Positions 1 through 12,959 of a stretch of 64,000 nt of DNA are shown here, one piece after another. The position numbers and the translations under genes are program-made. The stretch is from Octopus bimaculoides. Taxonomy: Eukaryota. How positions within the stretch are numbered: position 1 is the first letter of the stretch; every line of letters begins with the position of its first letter. The DNA lies in NCBI RefSeq assembly GCF_001194135.2, contig NC_068984.1:71016816-71080815 (forward strand). Reading direction: 5' to 3'. The notes below the pieces were generated by a model. That model had not been told where the DNA came from and made no database searches. It saw nothing but the letters and a program-made list of their open reading frames with translations.

Positions 1-140
1 GTTGCCTCTATTAGGTAGATCTCATTGACAAGAGTAAGAAAACTTGAAACATCGATGTTTGGGACTCCCGAGAGATGGCGACACTGAATGGACTATGTGT
101 TTTCACACCTTTTTACCATAAGAGAGACTTTTCTCCACAG

Positions 141-172
141 TAGCTGCAGTGTATTTGCCTTTAGCAGTTGAA
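141..172 (+). other. Candidate 32-nt micro-exon (unverified)
   Basis: Strong acceptor (ttttctccacag|) at 140 and consensus donor (GAA|gtaagt) at 173; open in phase 1 (xAAVYLPLAVE). No partner exon identified. Confidence 0.25.
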
Positions 173-938
173 GTAAGTGACAAACATATTTCTACTGACC
201 TAAATTCTCCTCATACCTAAACACTGTTTTACGCCTATGCTCCTTATATATATNNNNNNNNNNNNNNNNNNNNNNNNNNNNNNNNNNNNNNNNNNNNNNN
301 NNNNNNNNNNNNNNNNNNNNNNNNNNNNNNNNNNNNNNNNNNNNNNNNNNNNNNNNNNNNNNNNNNNNNNNNNNNNNNNNNNNNNNNNNNNNNNNNNNNN
401 NNNNNNNNNNNNNNNNNNNNNNNNNNNNNNNNNNNNNNNNNNNNNNNNNNNNNNNNNNNNNNNNNNNNNNNNNNNNNNNNNNNNNNNNNNNNNNNNNNNN
501 NNNNNNNNNNNNNNNNNNNNNNNNNNNNNNNNNNNNNNNNNNNNNNNNNNNNNNNNNNNNNNNNNNNNNNNNNNNNNNNNNNNNNNNNNNNNNNNNNNNN
601 NNNNNNNNNNNNNNNNNNNNNNNNNNNNNNNNNNNNNNNNNNNNNNNNNNNNNNNNNNNNNNNNNNNNNNNNNNNNNNNNNNNNNNNNNNNNNNNNNNNN
701 NNNNNNNNNNNNNNNNNNNNNNNNNNNNNNNNNNNNNNNNNNNNNNNNNNNNNNNNNNNNNNNNNNNNNNNNNNNNNNNNNNNNNNNNNNNNNNNNNNNN
801 NNNNNNNNNNNNNNNNNNNNNNNNNNNNNNNNNNNNNNNNNNNNNNNNNNNNNNNNNNNNNNNNNNNNNNNNNNNNNNNNNNNNNNNNNNNNNNNNNNNN
901 NNNNNNNNNNNNNNNNNNNNNNNNNNNNNNNNNNNNNN

Positions 939-1001
<63 letters not shown>

Positions 1002-2497
1002 CATTTATATATATGCTTATAAAATATACACTCATCTAAATAATTACATGTACTTATATAGATATGTACCTAATATACATGTATACACACACACGCATAA
1101 CCATGCAACACATAAAGTAAACATATAAAAGAAGATTAATACATAAATATGCTTGTGTGAACATACATGTGTGTACATATGTATTAAATTATGCTTACTA
1201 TTTGCCTATATCTCTCTTTTCCTATGTGTTCTTACAGGTGTACGCATGTGTACATACGTGATATATTTTTCATTTGTGCTTGTACGCATGATAGCGTGTT
1301 TAAATTTTGCTCTATATACACTTTTGTAATCGAAAAATGAAAGAGACTTTTTTTAACCGAACGGTGTGCACATGTAGCCATACATACACTTACACAGAGT
1401 TAGACATAATGTGACACTCACATACACAGATGCTAGAGCAGAACCGAAATAGATGTTTTTTTTTTATTACGCATTCACAAACACGCACACATTCACAATC
1501 TCACACACGCACACAAACTAACACAAAATAGTAGTTTCTATTTTATTTTTCAAAATTTCAAAACTACTAACTTATAAGCGTATATTTAGTCTTTTTTAAC
1601 TAGTTTACCAAATCACTATGATTATCACTCTATAAGTATATCAGTTTTATGATCAGAGTAAATAACAGAAAGTAAAACATGTTAGAAATATTGAACGCCG
1701 TTTAGTCAGTGAAACCAATATTGAAGATGAATTATTAAATTTCACTCAGAAAAAGAAAAAAAAAAATCAATGACCTAGCACCTATATTCACAGCATTTAA
1801 AAAGAAGTCAATACGAAAACAGAAAACAGTTTTCATGTGAATATTTCAATTTTGTAGTCTATATATTATTGTCAATAAATGAATATTAAATTTTTATGTT
1901 CAGAAGACACAGAAAAATGCAAATATTCAGAAAGTATTACACCCCCCATATANNNNNNNNNNNNNNNNNNNNNNNNNNNNNNNNNNNNNNNNNNNNNNNN
2001 NNNNNNNNNNNNNNNNNNNNNNNNNNNNNNNNNNNNNNNNNNNNNNNNNNNNNNNNNNNNNNNNNNNNNNNNNNNNNNNNNNNNNNNNNNNNNNNNNNNN
2101 NNNNNNNNNNNNNNNNNNNNNNNNNNNNNNNNNNNNNNNNNNNNNNNNNNNNNNNNNNNNNNNNNNNNNNNNNNNNNNNNNNNNNNNNNNNNNNNNNNNN
2201 NNNNNNNNNNNNNNNNNNNNNNNNNNNNNNNNNNNNNNNNNNNNNNNNNNNNNNNNNNNNNNNNNNNNNNNNNNNNNNNNNNNNNNNNNNNNNNNNNNNN
2301 NNNNNNNNNNNNNNNNNNNNNNNNNNNNNNNNNNNNNNNNNNNNNNNNNNNNNNNNNNNNNNNNNNNNNNNNNNNNNNNNNNNNNNNNNNNNNNNNNNNN
2401 NNNNNNNNNNNNNNNNNNNNNNNNNNNNNNNNNNNNNNNNNNNNNNNNNNNNNNNNNNNNNNNNNNNNNNNNNNNNNNNNNNNNNNNNNNNNNNNNN

Positions 2498-2529
<32 letters not shown>

Positions 2530-2744
2530 CTCTATATATTAGCATAAACATATAGATTTGTATGCAGGCGAGTCTGAATATAATGTATGTCTGTACATAT
2601 GTGTGTGTGTGTGTATGTATACATATATCATATATGTGTTTGTGTGTGCGTGTCTAAGTATATTTATATATCTATATATATATCTTTGTGTATGTAGGTT
2701 TATATGTTTATATATGTATATATATATATATAATATATTTTTAT

Positions 2745-2915
2745 GTGCACGTATGGCTTCCGATTTACATGGTTTCGGGCTGAGTTCCACTGGGTGGCAT
2801 CTTGGACAAGTGTCTCTACTGCACTCTCGGAGCGACCAAATCCTTGTCAGTAGAATTGGCAGACAGAAACTGAAAAAGGCCCGTCGTATCTCTGTGTGTG
2901 TCTTTGTGTATATAT
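2745..2915 (+). mobile_element. tRNA-derived SINE, family 1 (octopus OK-like), 5' half
   Basis: catggtttcgggctgagttccactgggtggcatcttggacaagtgtct...gacagaaactgaaaaaggcccgtcgtat matches the copies at 39975 and 42020 (reverse). Confidence 0.75.
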
Positions 2916-3111
2916 TTTTTTCCACACTACTTTACAACCGGTATCGTGTGTTTAAGTCTCAGAAATATAGTTGCTTACCAAAAGAGACGGATATAGTAAT
3001 AGTATCAGCCTTTTAAAAATAGAAAAAGAAAGACATTGCGTTCGATCCATTCGACTAAAACTTCACAGATTTTACTTGAATGAAACAAGTAAAAGATTAT
3101 ATATATACATA

Positions 3112-3179
<68 letters not shown>

Positions 3180-3321
3180 NNNNNNNNNNNNNNNNNNNNN
3201 NNNNNNNNNNNNNNNNNNNNNNNNNNNNNNNNNNNNNNNNNNNNNNNNNNNNNNNNNNNNNNNNNNNNNNNNNNNNNNNNNNNNNNNNNNNNNNNNNNNN
3301 NNNNNNNNNNNNNNNNNNNNN

Positions 3322-3372
<51 letters not shown>

Positions 3373-5429
3373 AATAATAAGAAAATGCAGAAAACCTTAG
3401 ATTAACACACACATTGATTGGACCACATTTATAGCTCATTTTTTCATGTACAAAGAATGACTTAACAAATAGGTGATGTAACACATCTTACGGCCGTTTC
3501 CGCTTACTCTGCTAAGCGCTGTCTATAAATAATTGCGAAAATAAAATTCCTCATCTTCATAGGACTTTCGGTTTAAGACATGGAGCTTCATCAGAGTAAA
3601 AGACAAGAGCATCCAATATAAACAAAGGAAAGAAGGAACAGGAAAGAAAACATGGCCTAGAAAAGTAGTCAAGAAAATCCATATATTTAATCTACCATCT
3701 TGGGGCTACGAGGTCCGTAGATAAAAGAGTGAACCAGTAATGGTCTAGGGAATACTCCAATTTTTTTCGGGTAGTTTAAATTTAAGGGTGTGAGGGCTAA
3801 GATGTTTTGAAATTTAAGGAAAAAAGTTACCAAAAATGAAGAAACAATATTAAATTAGGAAAATGACTAACATGATTATCAAAGGGCAGTACCTATGCTA
3901 ACGAAGTAAAATCAAGTAAATATATCCAAAACATTACCGTAGGGTGCTTAAGAAATATAGCAAATTGGTAACGCATTCCATTTTTGTATGTGTGGCGATA
4001 GTTTCCAGGGACATAGAAGTTTCTTTTACATTAATCACTATGATTTGCTATACTTGCAAGTTGTGTAAATCCATGCGATATTAAATGAAAATTCGCTGAA
4101 CATTTCTTCAAACTAATATACATGAGTATTACCGACTTAAATACTAGTTGTCATAGCAGTGGTGAATTTGTTGTATATAAGAAGATAAATAAATTAATTA
4201 TAGCCATCAGGATGCCACTTTATGAGAAATTTTCTCTGGTAAGGAGACTATAGAACGAGATTTTTAAAGTTCTCAAGCGTTGAGTATACTGTGAATATCC
4301 AGGGCCATAAAAAGTATGATAATCATGAAGAGATTCATTAATTGTATATATATTCTTTTGATGAAGGGATAAGATGTAAGATATAGAAGCAAAGCTGTTC
4401 AAAGGAACTGTAGTTTACTACTATATAATCCTATATTGGTGCCCTCAATAGGAGGATGAAAAGTATGAAGAAAATTACCAAAATAAAGACTAACAATATT
4501 ACTAGAATAAATGTAGAGAATATAGTTTATAAGTACGATGAGAATAGCTTAGATCACTTACTGTTGAAGTAAATATATTGATTAGTTACGTTCGAAATTA
4601 TTAAATTATGGTGTTTCGAGACATGAAGGATATTACTTAGATTCAACAGTGATAAAGTTGAAGTTAACAGGAGAAACATTATTTATTTCATTAAATTAAG
4701 GTAATCGCGCTTTTTCATAAATGAGTTAGTGGGAACACCGGATCAATAATTCATTATGTTGGTTAATTAGATTATACTTATATACAAATATTTTTAGTGC
4801 CTCCGCAGAACATAAATTGCAACCATCTCTCCCCTTCGTTCGGAAGGGCAGTACGTATAAATGACTACTATATGAAGAAATATTCCCCGTTTTGTGGTTC
4901 CAAATAAATTTAGCGAGCGAGGTGCTAAGTATTTTCTTTTACTCTTAATTAAATGTACATGATTATGTTCCATAAGCTAATTTTGTATGTAATAGTACCT
5001 ATATAGCAAGGACTTTGTCAGGTTTCATAAACAAACAGTCTTTCATAAACAAACAGTCATATAGTAAATACATTTTAAGAAATTGAATATCTACATGGCA
5101 TTTAATGAGATTCCTTTAACTGCTATTGAGAATATTTGCAGAAGCATCACTGTCAACTCTTACTCGCCCATATACACTTGCAAACTCCACTCACACACAC
5201 TCACGTTCTGTCTCATTCGTCTGTCTCAGTTATTTCTTCTCACCTCGTAACTTCAGGATCTACAAAGAGAGCTCATCACCTCTGATCACTCGATCACCAT
5301 CTATTTTGAAATTTCTAAAATGTGGGCAGTGATATAGCTTCTCTACAGCAACAAACTTGTATGCGTCAGATCTATTTTCTCATACCCCACATCACATTAT
5401 ATAAAGTCGTTACCCTTGTGTGCGCAATC

Positions 5430-5622
5430 TTGGAAAGCTCATGGCCACGTCAGTAGTACTGCTGGCACCAAACATGCACCCAGTGCAAGATGTAATACAA
5501 AGAACACTGGGAGGGCATCCAGTAGTAGATAGCATGCCAAGGAAGATACTGTAATACGAGGTAGTCTTGGATCTGTCCAATACATACCAGCATGGAGCAC
5601 GACGGTCTAAATGATGATGTTA

Positions 5623-5669
<47 letters not shown>

Positions 5670-5671
5670 AT

Positions 5672-5720
<49 letters not shown>
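5430..5720 (+). mobile_element. Degenerate SINE / RTE-tailed repeat ending in (GAT)n
   Basis: gggagggcatccagtagtag motif, then ...ccagcatggagcacgacggtctaaatgatgatg and a ~130-bp (GAT)n tail (5591-5720), typical of RTE-mobilised elements. Confidence 0.55.
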
Positions 5721-5724
<4 letters not shown>

Positions 5725-5727
<3 letters not shown>

Positions 5728-6625
5728 GGTCATTTTGATGCGATTGACATTGCTATCTTCTTTTGAGTTTCTTGCCATTATATAGGTTCATATGGGATCT
5801 TGGACAGCAGGAATTCAAGTTGTCTTTTGAAAACATTTAACCACCTACACCATGAAGATCCCACAAATGTTTTGGCAAAGTATTAAACAGCACTGAGCTC
5901 TTGAAGCTCAACTTACGGCAGTACATTGTCCTCGCTCAAGACGTGATAGCTGGAACTTTTGGAACAGTGAGGTGAACAGCGCGGCCAAGTACGAGGGCTG
6001 GTATAGCTTTCGATGCCAAAGGCTCCAATCCCCCAGAATCCTCCATACGCATATCACTGTTTACCTCTGCTGCCCTCTTCAGGGAGTAGAGTCATAGCTC
6101 TCTCAGTCTCTCCCAAGCTCAGCTGTTCCGCTGATGCAATTTTCTTGCAATAGCACCGCTGAACTGCCTAAAGGTCTCTTATTGATTTGATACTGTTGGG
6201 TGACCACAGGCGAGAGCAGTATAAATGTTCTCCACAGGACCAGCATAATTTCTTGGTGCCTTGATCGGAAGGTACTTGGAATCGATCCAGCCATTCGCCT
6301 GCATATTGCCAACATCTTGGTGATATATACGTGAAGCAAGGCGTTGTTGCAAATATCAATTCCCAGGTCATGCAATGTACTTGACTCGAAGATGGTCATT
6401 TCTTTTCGTACAAAGTATCGTTTTTATGGTATGTGGACACTAGATAGCAGATAGCGGAGGACTTGTTTCAGACCATTTATATGGCATTTGGGGCTTCCTG
6501 TAGAAGATTAGCATCAGAAAGTGCTTCTTTGAGTGCTTGTGCTTCATTTGTGTTGTCGGCGTTGTTAGTAAGTATGGCTGTCTGTCTAACTGATGACATG
6601 TCTGGAATAGCCACCATTTACAAAC
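5725..6625 (-). mobile_element. CR1-type LINE, 3' ORF2 fragment (pseudogenised RT)
   Basis: Minus-strand translation: VAIPDMSSVRQTAILTNNADNT (degenerate YADDT), DLGIDICNNA..HVYITKML..CRRMAGSI.STFRSR, LWSPNSIKSI..L, LFNTLPKH. Homologous to 17400-18300. Confidence 0.8.
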
Positions 6626-7818
6626 AGACACACACAAACAGCACAGACACAGAATAATGAATGCATTCCTTCTTATAGCTAAAACTGCTGTAAGCTAATG
6701 AAGTTGATTACGTAATTTCAGCTCCTTCCTCATGCAATAATCTATATTACACTCTGCACAGCCTATCACCTTATTGTAAGCATATTAATACTGAAATATA
6801 AGTGTCATTAATGTGACTAGGATTTTAGAAACACCTACCCTGCTAGAAATAAGAGCTGAAATGCTCTAATGCTATAGGGAAAGCACATATAATCCCCGTC
6901 TAAGTATATGTATACAATTGTGTTTGACTACAGTATTGGAGCATTCTAGTTCGTCTAGCAATGTAGGTATTTTTAACACCCTAGTCACATTTAGAGACAA
7001 ATATATGTGTTTGCGTGTATATCAATATATATATATATATATGTACAAACACTCATACATATACGTATATATTAATGGGCTTCTATGCAGTTTAAATCCG
7101 TCAGTTTCACTCACAAGGCATTGGCTATCCTAAAACGAAATTAGAAGATACATGCTGAAGGTGCTGTAGAGTATAGAAGAGAAGAAGATCGCAAGCAACC
7201 TGTATAGAAAACGAACACTACATTCACAGTCATACATACATATATGCGTTTGTATATCTATATATGTATTGATATATGCATGTGCTTATAATTCTGTATA
7301 ATTATTTATACATATTGACATTTATCATCGGTTATGAATAAAGCAAATGGAAATGGGAATTTACTATCCTGATTATTTTCCCTAAGGCATAACAATGTTT
7401 TGATATTGTAAAACATTTTCAACATACTTTCTGACTTTTTTATTATGATATGTAACAACAGTAGTAGTGACGGGAAAGTGGCAGAAAAGGGGGAGGTCAT
7501 GCTAAACGCCTTGCCCATTGTAGATGTTTATTTTTCTGATCCTAGATTAGCCTGATAGATCTCATCTGTGCTTTGAGATTGTGGACCTGTTTATGGTGGA
7601 ACTAAAAGCTTTTAAATATAATATTTTTAGAACTACGACATTGTTCCTTTCTGGTTTTAAAAATTGAATAGTCTAATTTAAGGAAGATGCAACTGCTATT
7701 CTTAGCATGCTGAGTTTCCACGCTGATGCTGCCTTGTTGGCTTCTTCACAATCTTTCAAGCTAAGACAAGCGCGTGCAGTATGTATTTGTGTGGCTTGAT
7801 GTGCAGAATTCGCTCTCC

Positions 7819-7945
7819 CTTCTTCTTCTTCTTCTTCTTCTTCTTCTTCTTCTTCTTCTTCTTCTTCTTCTTCTTCTTCTTCTTCTTCTTCTTCTTCTTC
7901 TTCTTCTTCTTCTTCTTCTTCTTCTTCTTCGTTGTTCTTGTTGTT
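7819..7945. repeat. (CTT)n microsatellite, tail of the adjacent Dong/R4 3' end
   Basis: About 37 CTT units, directly downstream (minus sense) of the element 3'UTR. Confidence 0.95.
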
Positions 7946-7959
7946 TCCTTTCATTTTTA

Positions 7960-8245
7960 CTTTATTTCAGCTGCCTTAGTACCGGGTATCCTCCAGATGT
8001 CTAGTGTAGCAAGAGCACTTAATTTTGCTATGCATGCTAAAATTATCACCACATTTATTCCATTTTAGATGAAAAGAGCGTTACGTAGTATATTGGTCGT
8101 AACCATCAAGGTTATCGTTTGTAGTTCACAAAGATTGGAGTTACCAAGGAGTTTTTTAATATACTTCTCAGCTCTCTTCTTTATCATTCCCAACGCACCA
8201 ATTACTACAGGTATTATCGTAGTACTAAGCTTCCACATTTTTGTG

Positions 8246-8300
<55 letters not shown>

Positions 8301-8925
8301 CCACATTTGATAGTTTCAGGCAAATTTCTATTACACCTTCTGCTACACCTCCCAGTTGCTGGGGGGGGGGGGCAACGTTGTTGACTCCTTGTTGTTGGAG
8401 TAGTGCAAACTTTTTCCAGAATTGTATTGCGTCAGTTTCTTTTGCTACGAGGTCTGTTTGCAATATCTTTTTGTATTATCTTTTATATTGTGTGTTGTGT
8501 GTATAATGTTCATCTGTTTTGAGTTGTGAGTTGTTTAGTTTTATTTTCAGTGTATATTTTTCTATTAGTTTCTTCATTTCGGTTTTGGGCACTTTGCCGT
8601 CTCTCAGGATATATCGCCGGACGTTTGCTAGAGTATTTTACGTGATTTGTTTTTTCTTATATCACTATTTCTTCTTCTTCAAAGTTCATATGTGTCATTT
8701 ATCATTCCTGCATGTTTCGGGTATAGTGTTGCAGTGTTGAATGCATATAATACTTCAATGTAGTCATCATCTGTCCACAATTCTCTTTCGGCTTTGTTTT
8801 TCATTTGGGCAGTGACATTTAGAGAGTGGTCTTTCTGTTCGGTGTTAACGTTTTGACAGAACACCGTCCCTGGACGTGACCTAATGCTTTTTTCGTATCG
8901 TGATCGCCTGGGACTCACAGATCGA
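7960..8925 (-). mobile_element. R4/Dong non-LTR retrotransposon, internally deleted (N-terminus plus extreme C-terminus)
   Basis: 8065-8247 encodes MWKLSTTIIPVVIGALGMIKK..KY..L.G...L.ELQ...ILRNAL* (RLE C-terminus). 8500-8920 encodes WTDDDYIEVLYAF..A and LANVRRYIL (N-terminal motif also seen at 50094-50400). The two parts are split by (AAT)n at 8248-8300. Confidence 0.8.
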
Positions 8926-9474
8926 AATTAACCTCTATATATTTTCGTAGTATAATTGCCGAGTTCTTTTTTTTTTCTGAGTTTAAAATGGAACCTGTTG
9001 CACTGTTTATTTATTATTATTTCTCTTTTATATTGTTTAAACATTGTGCGTTCTATGTTGTCTTGGTCGTGTGTAAAATATTGTACATATACGTATGTGA
9101 AATGAATAAACATAAAGATTTATGCGTATATCTGTAGAAATGGGATGGATATATGACTGATACTTGAACTCCTTTTTTTAATAAGGGATCACATTTTCAC
9201 GTGTTTAAATCATTGTCTAGGAATATTGCATCTCCACCTGTTGTTCACATTTTTACGCAAGTGTCTTGCTGTTACAACGCGCCTGGTAGCAACTATGTTT
9301 CATATATTAGTGAAATATTTCAGCGTCCTGGAATGACATACATTAAAAGGCAATTTTCTTTCATTTGCTGCAGTGTCTGAAATCCTGTTTGACAATGTTC
9401 CCAGATTAACTCTTCCGCGCAAGGAGCTCACTAGTACACGTCTACTATGTTTTCTCTTATTGTTGTTGTTGTTA

Positions 9475-10015
9475 TTAATATTATTGCTTGAGAAAGCAGT
9501 GCATGTCATCAAAGTGAAACTGAGGTAAAATATACGAAACCCAGTATACCCATCATGACTACTCGTCTGATAAGGGTATACCAGGCTCATGCATCACAAC
9601 CATATGAAAACGACATGGTAATCTGATATCAACATAAACAGCGCATGACCTTCAGGTGGAGCCTAGATAGAATTTTCTTCAGGCCGAGTAGCCCATCTCA
9701 CTCTAAAGGTCCCTCAAGAAGGGCTGTTTAAGTATGATGAATGAAACACCCATGATTCCAGAGGTGAATTATCCAAACCCAAATGATTCCTCTCACCACA
9801 TTGCTATGATGCTCCCCCACTACTTCTGCTCGTGACCAGAGATGCACATATCATCAGCCACCAAAAAACATGTTCAACTGGTTAAGGTCAAGCAAGTGAC
9901 AAGCAAATCAGTGGTATTGAGCAGAATGTTTGCTGTAGCCCATTTTTTATACCAAGACAAAACATGTACATGATAAAACTCCCAATCAGTTAAGATAAGA
10001 AGCCACGTGAGCCAG
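9475..10015 (-). mobile_element. Unclassified ~540-bp (AAT)n-tailed interspersed repeat, copy 1
   Basis: Colinear with 56765-57305 and with 57500-57890 (reverse), e.g. agcagtgcatg(t/c)catcaaagtga and ctacttctgctc.tga..gagatgcacatatca. Confidence 0.85.
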
Positions 10016-10042
10016 TGTCTGGTACTGCATCAGAACATCTAA

Positions 10043-10130
<88 letters not shown>
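10043..10130. repeat. Compound (ATT)n(AGT)n microsatellite
   Basis: Directly visible. Confidence 0.95.
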
Positions 10131-10131
<1 letters not shown>

Positions 10132-10134
10132 TCC

Positions 10135-11300
10135 AGTGTATATAAATCCCAATTCTGTCGTGTCTGTGAATATATTTTATTCCCTCTTAGCCAGGACTGG
10201 GCAGCCAGAAACAACATGATTTATTGTTTCTTGTCCACCTCCACATATTCTGCAGTTAGTTGCTGTATTTCTTTTTATTTCATGTTTTTAGTAATTTCTG
10301 GTGAGGAGGCTTTGGTCTTGTGCTGCAATTAAAAATCCTTCACTCTCTGCTTTGAGTCCTGAATTTCTCAGCCATTGCTGAGATTTTGCTTTGTGTATGT
10401 CTTTTTGTTTAAGTCAATCCAGTATTTGCCATAAAGAGGCTTTTCTTGCCATTGTTTTATCATGATCCGTTGCTGTTGCAGTTTTAGTTTGGATTTCAGT
10501 TGTTTTACAGCTTTTGTTGTTTCTTCTTTATCTTCATACTTGCTAGGTACTATGACTACTTTTTTGTATTTGTCAGCTTCCTTAAAAACTGAAGACAATT
10601 TTTTGTTTTGTTCTTGTTTTGTGGCTATTTGTATTTGTTTTCCTTGCATGTGATGTAGCTATTTATGTGGTCTTACGGTGGTTATTTTGTAATAGTTTTT
10701 CTAGCTGTATAATGCCTCTACCATCTTCCATACGTTGTATATATAACATTTCTACGTCAGATTTTGGGTCGTACATCCTAAATTCTGTCATTATTTTTCT
10801 TGTTTTCCTGTCTATTTTGATTAGTTCATTTAGAGTTCAGTTAAGAATATTGTAGCTGTAACTTATAACTAGGACGGCTAGATTGTTTATACCTATTATC
10901 TTGTTTTTCGCATTGAGCTGTTTTCAGTATCACTCTAACCCGTCTATTGCATTCTTTTCTCATCTTGTCTTTCATTTGTGTGTAATACAGTTCATTGATT
11001 CCTAAGTATTTGCATGTCTGGCCTTGGTAAACTTCTCTTATTTCATTTGCTTTTATCTAGTTTTCCTCTCTTCAAGGTTGCTTTGGCATACCTTTCTATG
11101 CCAAATCTCATGCTTATTTTTTGGCAATTCTATGTACTCTCTGTAGTAATGTTTCCAGCTGATTATCATTTGCAGCATATAGTTTTAGATCATCCATATA
11201 TAAGATGTGGCTCATTGTTTTGTTGTAACAAATGTATCCACACCTGGTTCCATTTAGCTGGTCAGATAAATGTGTCAGCGCCAAGCAGAAAAGCGGTGGC
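10135..11300 (-). mobile_element. R4/Dong retrotransposon, 5'-truncated RT core and thumb fragment
   Basis: Minus ORFs: PLFCLALTHLSDQLNGTRCGY...KTMSHILYMDDLKLYAANDNQLETLL (RT, YMDD) and KQWQEKPLYGKY. Confidence 0.88.
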
Positions 11301-11460
11301 TGACTGTTTTTGCCTAGATTATCCATATACAAGAGGTAATTGATTTTTTGCCTAGATCAACCATATATAAGAGGTGGCTGATTGTTTTGCCTAGATAATC
11401 CATATATAAGAGGTAACTGATTGTTCTCCCCAGATCATCCATATATAAGAGGTGGCTGAT
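11297..11460 (-). repeat. 39-bp tandem array (4 units plus a partial) copying the RT YMDD loop
   Basis: Minus-strand units read ISHLLYMDDLGRT / ISYLLYMDYLGKT / ISHLLYMVDLGK / INYLLYMDNLGKN. Confidence 0.9.
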
Positions 11461-11489
11461 TATTATCATTATTATTATTCTTTATTTTA

Positions 11490-12205
11490 CTTCTCAGAAG
11501 GTTCAGTCTTGTTTGTTCTGTTTCATTCTAAGAGCAGATAGCAGCCTACCGTCAGAGGTCTCACGGGGTCTCTTTCTACACATTATAAGCTTTGATAATT
11601 GGTTGTTATTTATCGTAGGAGACAGTCAACATCCAAGTACCAATCCCAAAATCCTAGCTGTCTCCAACAGAGAAGCTTTTTGGGCTTGCTCTGCTCTCAT
11701 GTCAATTCCGATTTCTTTGCAATATTTCTCGAACTTGGTTGCTAGTGCTCCGAGTCCCCTACAACTACTGGAATCACAAACACTTTCCTCATGCTCCACA
11801 TTTTTACAATTTCGTCTTTTAGTAGTCTGTACTTCCCAATCTTTTCTAGTTCTTTGTCACTTATGCGCGCATTTTCAGGTATTGCAATATCTATATTCTT
11901 GGTTTCCTTTTTTTACTTCATCTACCAGAACAATATCTTGTCTCCTAGCCTCATGGTAGTGACTAATGGTAGTCACTTTGGATTGTAAAATCCCACAGTA
12001 TCTTATGCTCCTAGTTCTTGGTACTATTTCTGGTTCATGTCCGCACCATTTCCGTGCTCTGTCTAAGCTGTACTGTTCACATAGCCTCCAGTGGATGAAG
12101 TTACGTTATCGTGTCGCCTTTTGTAGTGCTTTTGGGCCAGCTTGCTACACTCACAATATGTGGGATTGTTTTGTTTTGCCAGCTTGCTACACTCAGTCAC
12201 AATAT
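11490..12205 (-). mobile_element. R4/Dong retrotransposon 3' fragment (end of CCHC knuckle, RLE, 3'UTR)
   Basis: HIVS.CSKLAQKHYK.RHDNV; HEARRQDIVLVD..K.TKNIDIAIPENARISDKELEKIGKY.LLKDEI..MW; IPVVVG.LGAL; QKASLLETARIL, with frameshifts. PD-(D/E)xK-type endonuclease. Confidence 0.88.
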
Positions 12206-12719
12206 ATCATCATCATCATCATCATCGTCGTCGTCGTCGTCGTTGTCGTCATCATCATCACCCTGTTTTAAATATTTTTAAGTGAGACTTCTTTTGCATC
12301 ATCATTTGCACTTCCGTGTTCGTGAGGGTTGTAGCATTAAGGTTTAGAAATATATTTCTGTGTTTGTCCACTACATCTGTCTTATTTCTTAAAGTGTTTG
12401 GTTCATGGTTTCAGCTGTTATTTCAGTGTTGGTTCTGTAGTGCAATGCACGTGCAATGTGTGCTGTATAAAGTTACTGGGTGCTCATTATTTAGAGTAGT
12501 TATGCGGTTTGTGTTAATGTATTCTGTGGTTATTTTGTGGGGTATCTTGTTGGTGGAAGATAGTGTCTGGGCTGTTGTACTGCATTGAACATCTTTTCCT
12601 TAGGATAACGACAGTGGACTGCAGAACAATTCTTTTGAATTATGTTACATTGCAAGACTACGGTAGGTTTTATGCTATTGTGGAGAATTTTATTTTTCTA
12701 CCTAGTATATTATTATTAT

Positions 12720-12935
12720 TAGTCTCAACTTTTGGCACAAGGCCAACAATTTCAGGGGAGGGGTAATTCTATCACATCGACTCCAGTGTCCAACTGGTAG
12801 TTATTTCATCGACTCTTGAAAGGATGAAAGGCAAAGTTGACCTTGGCGGAATTTGAACTTAGAACTTAAAGATGGATGAAATGCTGCCAATCATTTTGCC
12901 GGGAGTGTTAATGATTCTGCCAATTCACTGCCTAA
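12720..12935 (-). mobile_element. tRNA-derived SINE, family 2
   Basis: Reverse complement of the 47232/47492 copies (aggcagtgaattggcagaatc...gagttc/aaattccgcc.aggtc.actttgcctttcatccttt). Confidence 0.8.
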
Positions 12936-12959
12936 TATTTTAACTCAAATTATTACTGA

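Noticed and set aside
192-3484. Long ORFs of 200-270 aa in the track (also at 20.3, 23.2, 43.7 and 58.4 kb)
   Set aside because: They are N-gaps plus (CA)n/(TA)n translated as X, CV, YI or HT; not coding.
6463-6657. Plus-strand ORF with a signal-peptide/TM-like stretch (MAFGASCRRL...)
   Set aside because: It is the antisense frame of the CR1 RT fragment on the minus strand.
7673-8068. Poly-E/L/F/K/D/M ORFs (also 10.0, 25.8, 55.3 and 56.4 kb)
   Set aside because: Translations of trinucleotide microsatellites.
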